From: Pristiophorus japonicus
Lineage: Eukaryota
Reading direction: 5' to 3'
DNA length: 64,000 nt
NCBI RefSeq assembly: GCF_044704955.1
Contig: NC_091999.1
Coordinates: forward strand, 35,154,001-35,218,000
This document shows, in pieces, positions 35,467 to 47,269 of the stretch. The position numbers and the translations under genes are program-made. Each line of letters starts with the position of its first letter. The first letter of the stretch is position 1. The notes under the pieces were generated by a model. The model worked only from the letters and a program-made list of their open reading frames with translations, made no database searches and had not been told where the DNA came from.

Positions 35467-38400
35467 TAATCTGTTCTGCGCCGTCTTCAAGGCCGTGACA
35501 TATTTCCCAAAGTCTGGACTGAAATTAATTCAATCTCTATTGTTCCATTAGATTAATTATAAGGATTCTTTCTCTCTTAAAATTGGACAGAGCAGTAATC
35601 TGAGTATTAGTAATTATTAATTGATAAAGACGATATAATTTGTTCTGACAATGCAGCTGGTGACTTGTCTGCTCAGCAACAGCAGCCTCTGCATGATTCC
35701 TGTTTCAATAAGCTCATTCTCGCCACCTGCTGATCATGTACAACTACTGCAGGGGCCAGAGTTTTTTAAACATGTTTATTTAATTCCACATACAACAACT
35801 TGCATTTTCCCAGTGACGTTCGCCCAGAGGAGTTTCTCAGAGCAAACCACAAGAGGGCCAAGAGATGAGGGGAAGTTAAGGGAGAAAGGACGCAATTCGT
35901 GTTATCAATTCTCAGGAGGTTTTCATGGAAAGGTGTGAAGATATATACGAACATAAGAATTAGGAGCAGGAGTCGGCCATAGGGCCCCTCGAGCCTGCTC
36001 CGCCATTCAATAAGATCATGGTTCATCATCGACCTCAACTCCACTTTGCTGCATTATCCCCATATCTCTTGATTCTCCTACAGTCCAAAAATCTATCTAT
36101 CTCAGCCTTGAATATACTCAACGACTCAGTATCCATAATCCTTTGGATTGAGAATTTCAAAAATTCACAACGCTCTGAGTCATGGAATTCATCCTCTTCT
36201 CTCTCTTAAATGGCCAACCCGAAACAATGCCCTCTTGTTCTAGACTCTCCGGCCTTGGGGAAACAATTTATTCGCATCTACCCTGTCAATACGTTTCAGA
36301 ATATTGTATCTTTCAATGGGAGCATCTCTCATTCTTCTACACTGCAGAGAGCACAGGCCCATTCTATACAATCTCTCATCATAAAACATATCTCTCATCC
36401 AAGGATTCAATATAGTAAACCTCCGTTGCACGACCAGCAAGGCAAGTATATCCTTCCTTAGTAAAGGAGACACAAACGGCCCAATGCTCCAGGAGTCTGG
36501 AGTGCAGGTCCAAATATCTCTGAAGGTAGCAGGGCAGGTAGATAAGGTCGTTAAAAAAGTAGATGAAATACGGGCCTTTATTAGTCGTAGCATAGAATAT
36601 AAGAGCAGAGAGGTTATGCATTAAATCTATAAAACACTAATGAGGCCACAGTGAGAGTACTGCATTCAGTTCTGGTCACCACATTACAGGAAATATGTGA
36701 TTGCACTAGAGAGGGTATAGAGGAGATGAACGAGGATGTTGCCTGGACTGGAGAATGTTACCTATGGGGAAAGATTAGATAGTCTGGAGTTGTTTTCTTT
36801 GGAACAGAGCAGGCTGAGAGGAGATTTAATTGACGTGTACAAGATTATAGAGGGCCTAGATCGAGTGGATTGGAAGGAGCTATTTCGCTCAGCAGAGTGC
36901 TCAATAACCAGGGAGAATAGATGTAAAGTAATTAGTAGAGGATTCGAGGGGATCGAGGAGAAATACTTTTCATCCAGAAGGTGGTAGGAGTCTGGAACTC
37001 ACTGCCTGAAGGGAGGTAGAGGCAGAAACCCTCATCTCATTGAAAAATACCTGGATATGCACTTGAGGTGCTGTAACCCACAGGGCTATGAACCAAGAGC
37101 TGGAAAGTGCGATTAGGCCGAATGGCTGTTTCTCGGGAGGCAGAGACACGATGGGCACAATTGCCACCCTCTGTGTTGTAAACATCTATGATTCTGTCAC
37201 AACCTTTCATCATTTTAAACACCTCTATTATATCATCCTTTAACCTTCCCTGATCAATCCCAGTTTCCCTAGTCCCTGCATAACTGAAATACCTCATTCA
37301 TGTCAGAATTCTAATTAACCTCTTATGCACCATCTTAAGGCCTTGACATACTTCCCAAAGTCTGGATTGAAATTAATTCCATCTCTATTGTTCCGCCAGA
37401 TTCATTCTAAGTATGCATGCTCTCTTAAAATTGGACGAGCAATAATATCAGTATTAGTAATTATTGATTGACAACAATTATACAACTTGTTCTAACAATG
37501 CAGATAGTGACTTATCTGGTCAGCAGCAGCAGCCTTTGCATGAATAATGTTTCAATAAGCTCACCTTCGCCATCTGCTGATGATAAACATCTACTGCTGC
37601 CGCCAGAGTTTTTTTAAACATGATTATTTAATTCCACGCACAATAACTTGCATTTTCCCAGTGACGTTCATCCAGAGGAGTTTCTCACAGCTAACCACAA
37701 GAGGGCCAAGAGATCAGGGGGAGTTAAGGGGGAAAGGACACAATTCGTATTATCAATTCTGAGGAGGTTTTCATGGGAAGGTGTGAAGTTATATGGAACA
37801 TAAGATTTAGGAGCAGGATTAGGCCATACGGCCCCACGAGCCTGCTCCACCATTCATGCAGATCATGGCTGATCATCAACCTCAACTCCACTTTGCTGCA
37901 TTATCCCCATATCCCTTGATTCTCCTACAGCCCAAATATCTATCTATCTCAGCCTTGAATATACTCAACGACTCAACATCCAAAGTCCTTTGGATTGAGA
38001 ATTTCAAAGACTCACAACGCTCTGAGTGATAGCATTCATCCTCTTCTCTGTCTTAAATGGCCCACCACTTATCCTGAAACTATGCCTTCTAGATGTAGAC
38101 TCTCCAGCTAGGGGAAACATCCTCTCAACATCTAACCTGTCAATCCCCTTCGGAATCCTGTATCTTTCAATAAGCACACCACTCATTCTTTTAAACTGCA
38201 AAGAGCAGTGCCCATTCTATACAATCTCTCATCATCCAGGATTCAATCTAGTGAACCTCAGTTTCACCACCACCAAGGCAAGTATATTCTTCCTTAGATA
38301 AGGAGACCCAAACTGCCCCAGTACTCCAGGACCTTGGAGTACAGGTCCACAGATCGCTGAAGGGTGCAGGCCAGATAGATAAGGTGTTTTAAAAAGGAAT

Positions 38401-39013
38401 ACTGAATACGTGCCTTTACTAGTCATGGCATAGAATATAAGAGCAGCGAGGTTCGGCATTAACACTATAAAACACTCGTTCGGCCACAGTGTGCAGTTCT
38501 GGTCACCACATTACAGGAAATATGTGATTGCACTAGAGAGGGTACAGAGGAGATTGAAGAGGATGTTGCCAGGACTGGAGAATTTTTGCCACGATGAAAG
38601 ATTGGACAGACTGGAGTTGCTTCCTTTGGAACAGAAGAGGCTGAGGGGAGATTTAATTGACGTGTACAAGATTATTGTGGTGGGAAAATTATTGGAAAAT
38701 GTCCTAAACGACAGGATGAATCTTCATTTGGAAAGGCAAGGATTAATTAGGGACAGTCAGCACGGATTTCTTCAGGGAAGATTGACCCTCTTGGTTACCT
38801 CCTCTAAAAATACAATCAGTTTCCACGTGGTAGACTGGTCATGAAGTTTAAAGCCCATGGCAGCTAGGGAAAAATGGCAAGTTGTATCCAAAATTGGCGA
38901 GGAGGTAGGAAGCAAAGGGTAATGATTGATGGATTTTTTTTGACTGGAAGGATGTTTCCAGTAGGTTTCCGCCGTGCTCAGTACTGGGTCCCTTGCTTTT
39001 TGTGGTACATATC

Positions 39014-42000
39014 TGTGATATATGTGGATTTGTATTTACTCTGTACAGCAACCAGAGGGCTCATTCCCCGGAGTCGCAAGGCATCCCATCATCCCTTGGA
39101 AGCACAACTATTTATGAAGGCTTCACAGGTTGGTGAGGCACTCTGCAATAAAAGACTAAGGTCACACTTTACTTTGAGCTCACAGTTTTCAATCTGACTC
39201 TTTCTCCATACACTACAACTGGCGATGAGATACAGTTAGCAAACCCAAAGATGCAGGGAACAGTGTGCATCCTGGAGAAATTTTCGCAGGGAGATGATTG
39301 GGAGACTTTTGCCGAGCGACTCGACCAATACTTCGTGGCCAACGAGCTAGATGGGGAAGAGAACGCTGCCAAACGAAGGGCGATCATCTTCACCCTCTAT
39401 GGGACACCAACGTATGGCCTCATGAAGAATCTGCTCGCTGCATCGAAACCAACGGAGAAATCATGTGACGATTTGTGCACACTGGTCCGAGAGCATTTGA
39501 ACCTGAAAGAAAGCATTCTGATGGCGACGTACAAGTTCTACACCTACAAAAGATCTGAAGGCCAGGAATAGCGATTCATCTCGCCGAGCTAAGACGCCTT
39601 GCAAGACATTGCGAATTTGAAGGACATTTGGAGCATATGCTCAGAGACTTTTTCGTACTTGGCATTTGCCACGAAACCTTACTTGGCAAACTTTTGAGTG
39701 TAGAGACACCAACCTTGAGTAAGGCCATAGTGATAGCCCAGGAGTTCATCGCCACCAGTGACAAAACTAAGCAAATCGCTCAGCACACAAGTGCTGCTAC
39801 AAGTACTATGAACAAAGTGATTTTTTTTCGAATCGGAACGTACAGGACAGGTCACACATTCCTGCAGCGACACGTCGGCCGATGTCTCCGAGTCACCCAT
39901 CAAGCGTGATGAATGCAAGGCCAATAACACCTTGTTGGCACTGCGGGGATGATCATCGTTTCCATTCATGCCGTTTCAAAGGATACGTTTGAAAGGGCTG
40001 TGGAAAATTGGGACACCTCTAACGAGTGTGCAGGCGAGCTGCTAAGCCTTCTAAACCTGCAAACCATCACGTTACAGAGGAGGATCATGAAGAAACAGAG
40101 CTTCAGATAGAGGAGGCAGAGGTACATGCGGTACACACATTCACCACGAATTGTCCCCCCGACAACACTGAATGTTGAACTCAATGGACTCCCGGTGTCA
40201 ATGGAGCTGGACATGGGCGCAAGCCAGTCCAATATGGGCAAAACGACTTTTGAAAGATTGTGATGGAACAAGGCCTCAAGGCCAGTCTTAACTCCAATTC
40301 GCACGAAACTAAGAACGTACACAAACGAACTGATTCCTGTAATCGGCAGTGGTACCGTAAAGGTCTCTTATGATTGAGCGGTTCACAAGCTACCACTCTG
40401 GGTGGTATCGGGCGATGGTCCCACGCTGCTCAGCAGGAGCTGGTTTGGAAAGATACGCTGGAACTGGGATGACATCCGAGCGCTATCGCCCGCTGACGAC
40501 ACTTCCTGTGCCCAGGTCTTAAGCAAATTTCCTTCGCTGTTTGAACCAGGCATCGGAAAACAACCAGGAGCAAAAATGCAGATGCACCTAATTCTGGGGG
40601 CGCGACCCATCCATCAGAAGTCGAGAGAAGTACCGTACATGATGAGAGAAAGGGGAGTGATCGAGCTTGACCGGCCACAAAGAGAGGGCATCATTTCACC
40701 GATCGAGTTCAGTGCGTGGGCCAGTCCTATTGTCCAGTCCTCAAGGTGGATGGAATCGTCAGAATCTATGGTGATTACAAAGTAACTATCAATCGTTTCT
40801 TCCTGCAGGACCAATACCAATACCAAAAGCCGATGACCTCTTTGCAACGCTGGCGGGAGGAAAGACCTTCCCGAAGCTGGATCTGACTTAAGCCTACATG
40901 ACGCAGGAACTGGAGGAATCAGCAAAGGCCGTCACCTGCATCAACACGCACAAATGTATTTTTGTTTATAACAAATATCCATTTGGATTTCGATCAGCGG
41001 CGGCGATATTCCAGAGAAACATGGAAAGTTACTGTAGTCGGTCCCGCACACCGTGGTCTTCCAGGACGAAATCTTGCTCACAGGTCGGAACACAGTCGAG
41101 CAGCTGCAGAACCTGGAGGAGGTTCTTAGTCAACTCAACCGTGTGGGGCTCAGGTTAAAACGCTTGAAGTGAGCGCAATCGAGAACGCACTGAGGCCACA
41201 GAACGTGACGGAGCTGCGGTCGTTTCTGCGACTCTTGAACTACTTTGATAACTTCTTACCGGGTCTCATCACCCTGCTAGGACCACGACATGTCTTCCTA
41301 CGAAAAGGAGGCGAATAGGTTTGAGGCAAAAGCCAAGAAAATGCCTTTGTAAAAGCGAGAAAATTATTATGCTCAAACAAATTGCTCGTGTTGTATGATC
41401 CATGTAAGCGTTTGGTACTGGTATGTGTGTATCGGGTGTGTATTGCAACAAGCTAATGATTTTGGGAAACCGCAATTGGTTGCTTATGCATCCAGGCGTC
41501 TGTCTAAGGCCGAGAGAGGCTACAGCATGATTGAAAAAGAAGCGTTAGCGTGTGTCCATGGGGTGAAAAAATGCAGCAAAACCTGGTTGGGCTAAAATTC
41601 GAACTTATGTCCCTGTTTCTCGAGAGTAATGGGATAAATACCAACGCATTGGCGCGCATCCAGAGATGGGCGCTCACGTTGTCAGCATACAATTACGCTA
41701 TTCGCCACAGTCCAGGCACGGAAAACTGCGCTGATGCTCTCAGTAGGCTGCAGTTGCCCACCACGGGGGTGTAAATGTTGCAGCCCGCAGATCCAACAAT
41801 GGTAATGGAAGCATTTGAGGGTGAGCAATCACCCGTCTCTGCCCAGAAGATCAAAACTTGGACAAGCCAGGACCCCTTATTATCTCCAGTCAAAAGCTGC
41901 GTGCTTCATGGGTGCTGGTCCAGTGTATCAGTGGAAATGCAGGAAGAGATAATGCGATTCCAGCGGCGCAGAGATGAAATGTATATACAGGCAGACTGCC

Positions 42001-43433
42001 TTCTGTGGGGCAATCGAGTAGTGGTCCCCAAGAAGGGCAGAGACACCTTCATCAATGACCTTCACAGTACCCACCCAGGCATCATAATGATGAAAGCGAC
42101 AGCCAGATCGCACATGTGGTGGCCCGGTATCGATGTGGATTTAGAGTCCTGCGTTCACAGATGTAATACATGTTCGCAGTTAAGCAATGTACCCAGGGAG
42201 GCGCTCCTGAGTTTATGGTCTTGGCCCTCCAAACCGTGGTCTAGGGTACAGGTCGACTATGCAGGCCAATTCTTGGTTAAAATGTTCCCTGTGGTTGTAG
42301 ATGCATACTCCAAGAGGATTGAATGTGAGATAATGTTGGCTAGCATGTCCGCTGCCACCACTGAAAGCCTGCGGTCCATGTTTGCCAATCACGGCTTACC
42401 CGATGTTCTGGTGAGTGACAACGGGCCATGTTTTACCAGTGCTGAGTTCATAGAATTCAAGACCCGTAACGGGATCAAACATGTCACATCTGCCCAGTTT
42501 AAACCAGCGTCCAACGTTCAGGCAGAGAAAGCAGTGCAAACCTCAAGCAAGGCTTGAAGAGGGTAACTGAAGGCTAACTGCAGACTCGCCTATCCCGAGT
42601 CCTGCTTAGCGACTGCACACGTCCCCACTCACTCACTGGAATCCCACCTGCTGAACTGCTCATGAAAAGAGCACTTAAGACAAGGCTCTCGTTTGTTCAC
42701 ACTGATCTACATGAACAGGTAAAGAGCAGGCGGTTTCAACAAAGTGCATACAATGATAGCGCAAATGTGTTGAAGTCAATGATCCTGTATTTATACTAAA
42801 TTATGAACAAGGTCCCAAGTGGCTTCCCGGAAATGTCGTGGCCAAAGAGGGGAGCAGTGTGTTTCAGGTCCAACTTACAAATGGTCTCATTAAACGGAAA
42901 CACTTGGACCAATTCAAACTCACATTCACGGACTACCCTGAGCAACACACATTGGACCCTACTTTTTTAGATCCCCCAACATACACACCAGTGACGGCCG
43001 ACACCACGGTTGACCACGAAGCAGAACCCATCACCCACACCAGCCCTGCAGAGCCCAACACACGAGGCAGCCCAGCAAGGCCAGCTGCACAGAGCCCAGC
43101 GAGGGCCCAACAAATGATTCATCAACACCAGCTTTCACACCGAGACGATCAACCAAGGTAAGAAGGGACCCAGATCGACTCACATTGTAAATAGTTACCC
43201 TATTGATTTTGGACGGGAGTGCTATTATATTGTGGACTTGTATTTACACGGTACAGCCACCAAAGGGCTCATTACCCGGAGTCCTAAGGGATCTCATAAT
43301 CCCTTGGGAGCACAGGTATTTAAGAAGACTTCACGCGTTGGAGAGCCACTCTGGAGACCTGCATTGCAAGACTAAGTTCGCTCTTTACTTTGAGCTCACA
43401 GTGTTCAGACTGACTCTTTCTCCATACACTACA
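39014..43433 (+). mobile_element. Full-length decayed Ty3/Gypsy LTR retrotransposon (Mag-like)
   Basis: LTRs 39014-39217 and 43220-43433 (TG...CA); 5-bp TSD ATATC; PBS TGGCGATGAG at 39220; purine tract before the 3' LTR; gag-PR-RT-RH-IN order. Confidence 0.95.
39251..43160 (+). pseudogene. Disrupted gag-pol of the Gypsy element
   Basis: Gag DDWETFAERLDQYFVAN; protease LDMGAS; RT WASPIV; RNase H YSMIEKEALA; integrase ORF 41775-42557 (HHCC, VDYAG, SDNG); many stops and frameshifts. Confidence 0.92.
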
Positions 43434-46139
43434 ATATCAACGATTTTGATTTGAATATAGGGAGAGTGATTAAGAATTTTGCAGACGACACTAAAATTGG
43501 CTGTGTGGTTGATAATGAACAGGAAAGTCATGTGCTGCAGGAGGATATCAATCTACTGGTCAGGTGGGCAGAGCAGTGGCAAATGGAATTTAATTCAGAG
43601 AGGCGTGAGCCGATGCACTTTGGGTGAGCTAATAAGGAAAGGATATAAACATTAAGCGGTAGACCACTTAATAGTGTAGACGAACAAAGGGACCTTGGAG
43701 TGCTTGTCCACAGATGCCTGAAAGTAGCAGGCCAGGTGGATAAGGTGGTCAATAAGGCATACGGAATGCTTGCTTTATTGGCCAAGGCATAGAATATAAG
43801 AGCAGGGAGGTTATGCTTAAAGTGTATACTACTTTGGTTAGGCCACAGCTGGAGTACTACGTGCAGTTCTGGTAGCTATGTTATAGGAAGAACGTGATTT
43901 CTGATTGCACTGGAGAGGGTGCAGGTGAGATTTATGAGGGTGCTGCCTGAAATGGAGAATCTTAGTTATGAGGACAGATTGGATAGGCTGGGTTTGTTCT
44001 CATTGGAACAGAGGAGGTTGAGTGGAGCCCTCATTGAAGTGTACAAAATATTGAGGGGCCTGGATATAGTGGATAGTAAGGGCCTATTTCCATTGGTGGA
44101 TCAATCTATTACGAGGAGGCATACTTTTAAGATGGTTGGTGGAATGTTTAGAGGGGATTTGAGATGAAGGCATCTATACACAGAGGGTTCTGTGGATCGG
44201 GAACTCTATGCCTGGAACAGTGGCGGATGCAGAAAACCTCTCCACTTTTAAGAGATGGTTGGATGGGCATTTAAAGTGCCGTAATCTGCAGGGTTACAGA
44301 CCGAGAGCTGATAGCTGGGAGTAGACTTGATGACCTTTTGTTGGACGGAGCAGATATAATGGTAAGTACTGCAGGGAACAGAATTCGGCCAAGATGATCT
44401 CTCAGAATAATTTCGATCGCTTGGATGGGTCAGAGAGTAATTTTCCCAGATCTATTCTTCCTAAATTGGCCTGGGTTTTTACCTGGTTTTTGCCTCTGGT
44501 TTTGAGATCACATGGTTCCGGTTGGGGTGGAGTGTAGATTGTTTCAGTATAAGGGGTGTCGCAGTTGCGTGGAGCGGACTGGTTGAGCTGGGTGCTCTTT
44601 GCCTTTCTGTCATTGGTCATAGGTTTATATGTAAATTTTGTGCTGCTGACCAAGGCCTGTGTAGTTCTTTGTCGATCGGCGTGGACACGATGGGCCGAAT
44701 TGGCCTCCTTCTGTGCTAGAATTTCTACGTTTCTATTTTTCTAGTATAAGGTGCTTGGATAGAGTTGCTAGGAAGGAACTAATTCCCTGAGCAGAGTGGT
44801 CAACGACCAAGAAAAATAGATGTAAAGTAATTGCTGGAAGGATGAGAGGGGATGGAGGAGAATTCCTTTTCATCCAGAGGGTGGTGAGGTTCTGGAACTC
44901 ACTGCCTGAAAGGGAGGTACAGGCAGAAATTCTCATCTCATTGAAAAAGTACCTGCATATGCACTTGAGGTGCCTGAACATACAGAGCTATGGACCAATG
45001 GAACGTGTGATTAGGCCGGATCGCTGTATTTCGGCCGGCACGGACATGATGGGCACAAAGACCTCCCACTGTGTCGTTAACCTCGATGATTCTGTCACAA
45101 CCGTACATCATTTTAATCACCTTTATTAAATCATCCTTTACCCTTCTATGCTCAATTCCAGTTTCCCTTTCGCTGCAAACTGAAATACCTCATTCCCGGG
45201 AGAATGCTAGTAAATCTTTTCTGCACCATCTTCACGGCCTTGACATACGTCCCAAAAACTGGTTTGAAATTAATTCAATCTCTATTGTTCTATCAGATGA
45301 ATTATAAGGATGCATGCTCTCTTAAAATTGGACTGAGCAGAATTCTGAGTATTTGTAATTATTGATTGATAACAATTACATAACTTGTTCTGACCATGCA
45401 GACAGTGACGTATCTGCTCAGCAACAGCAGCCTCTGCATGATTCATTTTTCAATAAGCTGACTGTCGCCTCCTGCTGATCAAAACATCTACTGCAGGCGC
45501 CAGAGTTTTTTGAACATATTTATTTAATTCCACACACAACAACTTACATTTTCCCAGTGATGTTCACACAGAGGAGTTTCTCAGAGCAATGCACAAGAGG
45601 GCCAAGTGAGCAGGAGGAGTTAAGCGACAAAGGACACAATTTGTGTTCTCAATTCTGAGGAGGTTTTAATGGGAATGTGTGAAGTTATATAAGAACATAA
45701 GAATTAGGAATAGGAGTAGGCCATACGGCCTCTCGAGCCTGTTCCACCATTCAATAACATCATGGTTGATCATCTACCTCAACTCCATTTTGCTGCATTA
45801 TCCCCATATCCCTTCATTATCCTGCAGTCCAAACATCTATCTACCTCAGCCTTGAATATACTCAACAACTCAACATCCACAGGCCTTTGGATTGAGAATT
45901 TCAAAGATTCACAACGCTCTGAGTGATGACATTCATCCTCTTCTCTGTCTTCAATGGCCCAGCCCTTATCCTGAAACTATGCCCTCTAGATGTAGACTCT
46001 CCATTCAGGGGAAACAACTCTCAGCATACAACCTGTCAATCCCCCTCATAATAACTTAGCTTTCAATGAGATCTGAATTGCTCATTCTGTGTTTCTAGAA
46101 TTGGATCTTAAGCAACGCGGGCAATAAAACACAAGCAAA

Positions 46140-46400
46140 ATAGTGCGGGCGGGTGGGAGCGGGTGATTAATAAACTGCGGTTAGGCCGCGACGCACGATT
46201 TATAAAGTTGGAGAACAGCCTCAAGGCCTGAAAGTGAACCAGCGGCTCGGTCTATGTTCCATCCGACGGCGCCCGTGTGGCTTTTCATTGGTGACAGACC
46301 CGGTACGGACAGCCATCTTGGTGCAGGAAAGAGCGAATGGTTCCCCTTGCAGTGCGGCCATCTTGGTACTGGAACGAAGCGTGGGCGGGGTTTAGTGTCC
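46140..46400 (+). promoter_or_regulatory. CpG-rich promoter-like segment upstream of the zinc-finger remnant
   Basis: Two YY1-type GCCATCTTG (46312, 46357), GC box GGGCGGGG (46383), TTTATAAA (~46199), ATTGG (~46287). Confidence 0.55.
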
Positions 46401-46699
46401 CAGTGACTCGGAGATAAATTCATTGACTCATTGATTTTTTTCTCACTCTGCTCACAGCGGGTGAAGAACTGAAACCAACCAGAGCAGAGGGAGGGAGAAA
46501 ACTGGAAGTGCAGGAAAGAAATGTCAGAGATGGTGCGATGGGTTTGGATTTCAGCACAGGGAGGAAGGAGAGTGTGGGATGGGGATTTACAGGTTTGGGG
46601 GAACAAGAGAGGAAAGAATGTTCCATAGAAAAGAGAATTGTCTGTTCTGAATTTCTATCCTGTCCTAACACTGATGTATTTTGTAAACTCCTTTTACAG

Positions 46700-46845
46700 G
46701 GTATTAGTAGGAGAGGATTTGTAGACAGGGAACTCGAACCAAACATCGCGTCAAGATCTGATAGAGTCACTCGATTAATCAGGACCTGAATATCATCGGC
46801 CTGTGAATGTGGAAGGAGAAATATGTGTGTGTTCTGTCTGTGAGA
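46700..46845 (+). pseudogene. Truncated C2H2 zinc-finger gene exon
   Basis: Acceptor ctccttttacag; encodes EYHRPVNVEGEICVCSVC, then breaks off; paralogous to 53530-53816 (-). Confidence 0.7.
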
Positions 46846-46884
46846 ATCCTGGAATGTCACATCCTGAACTGTTCTGTCCAGGAA

Positions 46885-46990
46885 TCTGAAATAAAAACAG
46901 AAAATGCTGATAATCACAACGGGTCAGGCAGCAACTTTGGAGAGAAACAGAGTTAACGCTTCAGTTTGATGACCGTTCCTCAGAACTCTC
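46885..46990 (-). mobile_element. Penelope-like repeat with a degenerate hammerhead core
   Basis: Reverse complement AGAGTT-CTGAGGA-...-GAAGC-GTT-AACTCT, then tail as at 26211-26270. Confidence 0.65.
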
Positions 46991-47269
46991 TTCAGAAAAG
47001 AGTTTACAATAAAATTAATAAACTTTTCCTTCAATCCTAAATTGAGCTTTGGTACAAAATCTACAATTCAGTGTCTGAAAGGTTTCACTGATGCACATCT
47101 CCAATTAGAAAGTGCTGATTAATCCTTGCTGACAAAGCTTACTGACTTACACATTACACACAGCGGCCCCTAAATTATCCACCACACAGAAGGGAAATGG
47201 GAACTGGTGAAGAATCAATGTCCCAAATGTTGCCCCTCTGTCTGGTGCAGCAATCTCCTCGGCACGGGA

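Larger units (their letters stand above)
38678..44744 (+). mobile_element. CR1-clade LINE (different subfamily, long 3'UTR) split by the Gypsy element
   Basis: VVGKLLE...SQHGF before the insertion; FADDTKIG and C-terminus after 43434; tttctac/tttctat tail near 44720-44744. Confidence 0.85.
35467..46070 (+). repeat. Tandem triplication of a ~1.85-kb unit (unique cores at ~35520-35940, 37370-37790, 45270-45690); copies 2 and 3 separated by a nested CR1+Gypsy insertion
   Basis: Marker cattttcccagtga ends its AG at 35813, 37661 and 45557; spacing 1848, and 7896 including a ~6.07-kb insert. Confidence 0.9.
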
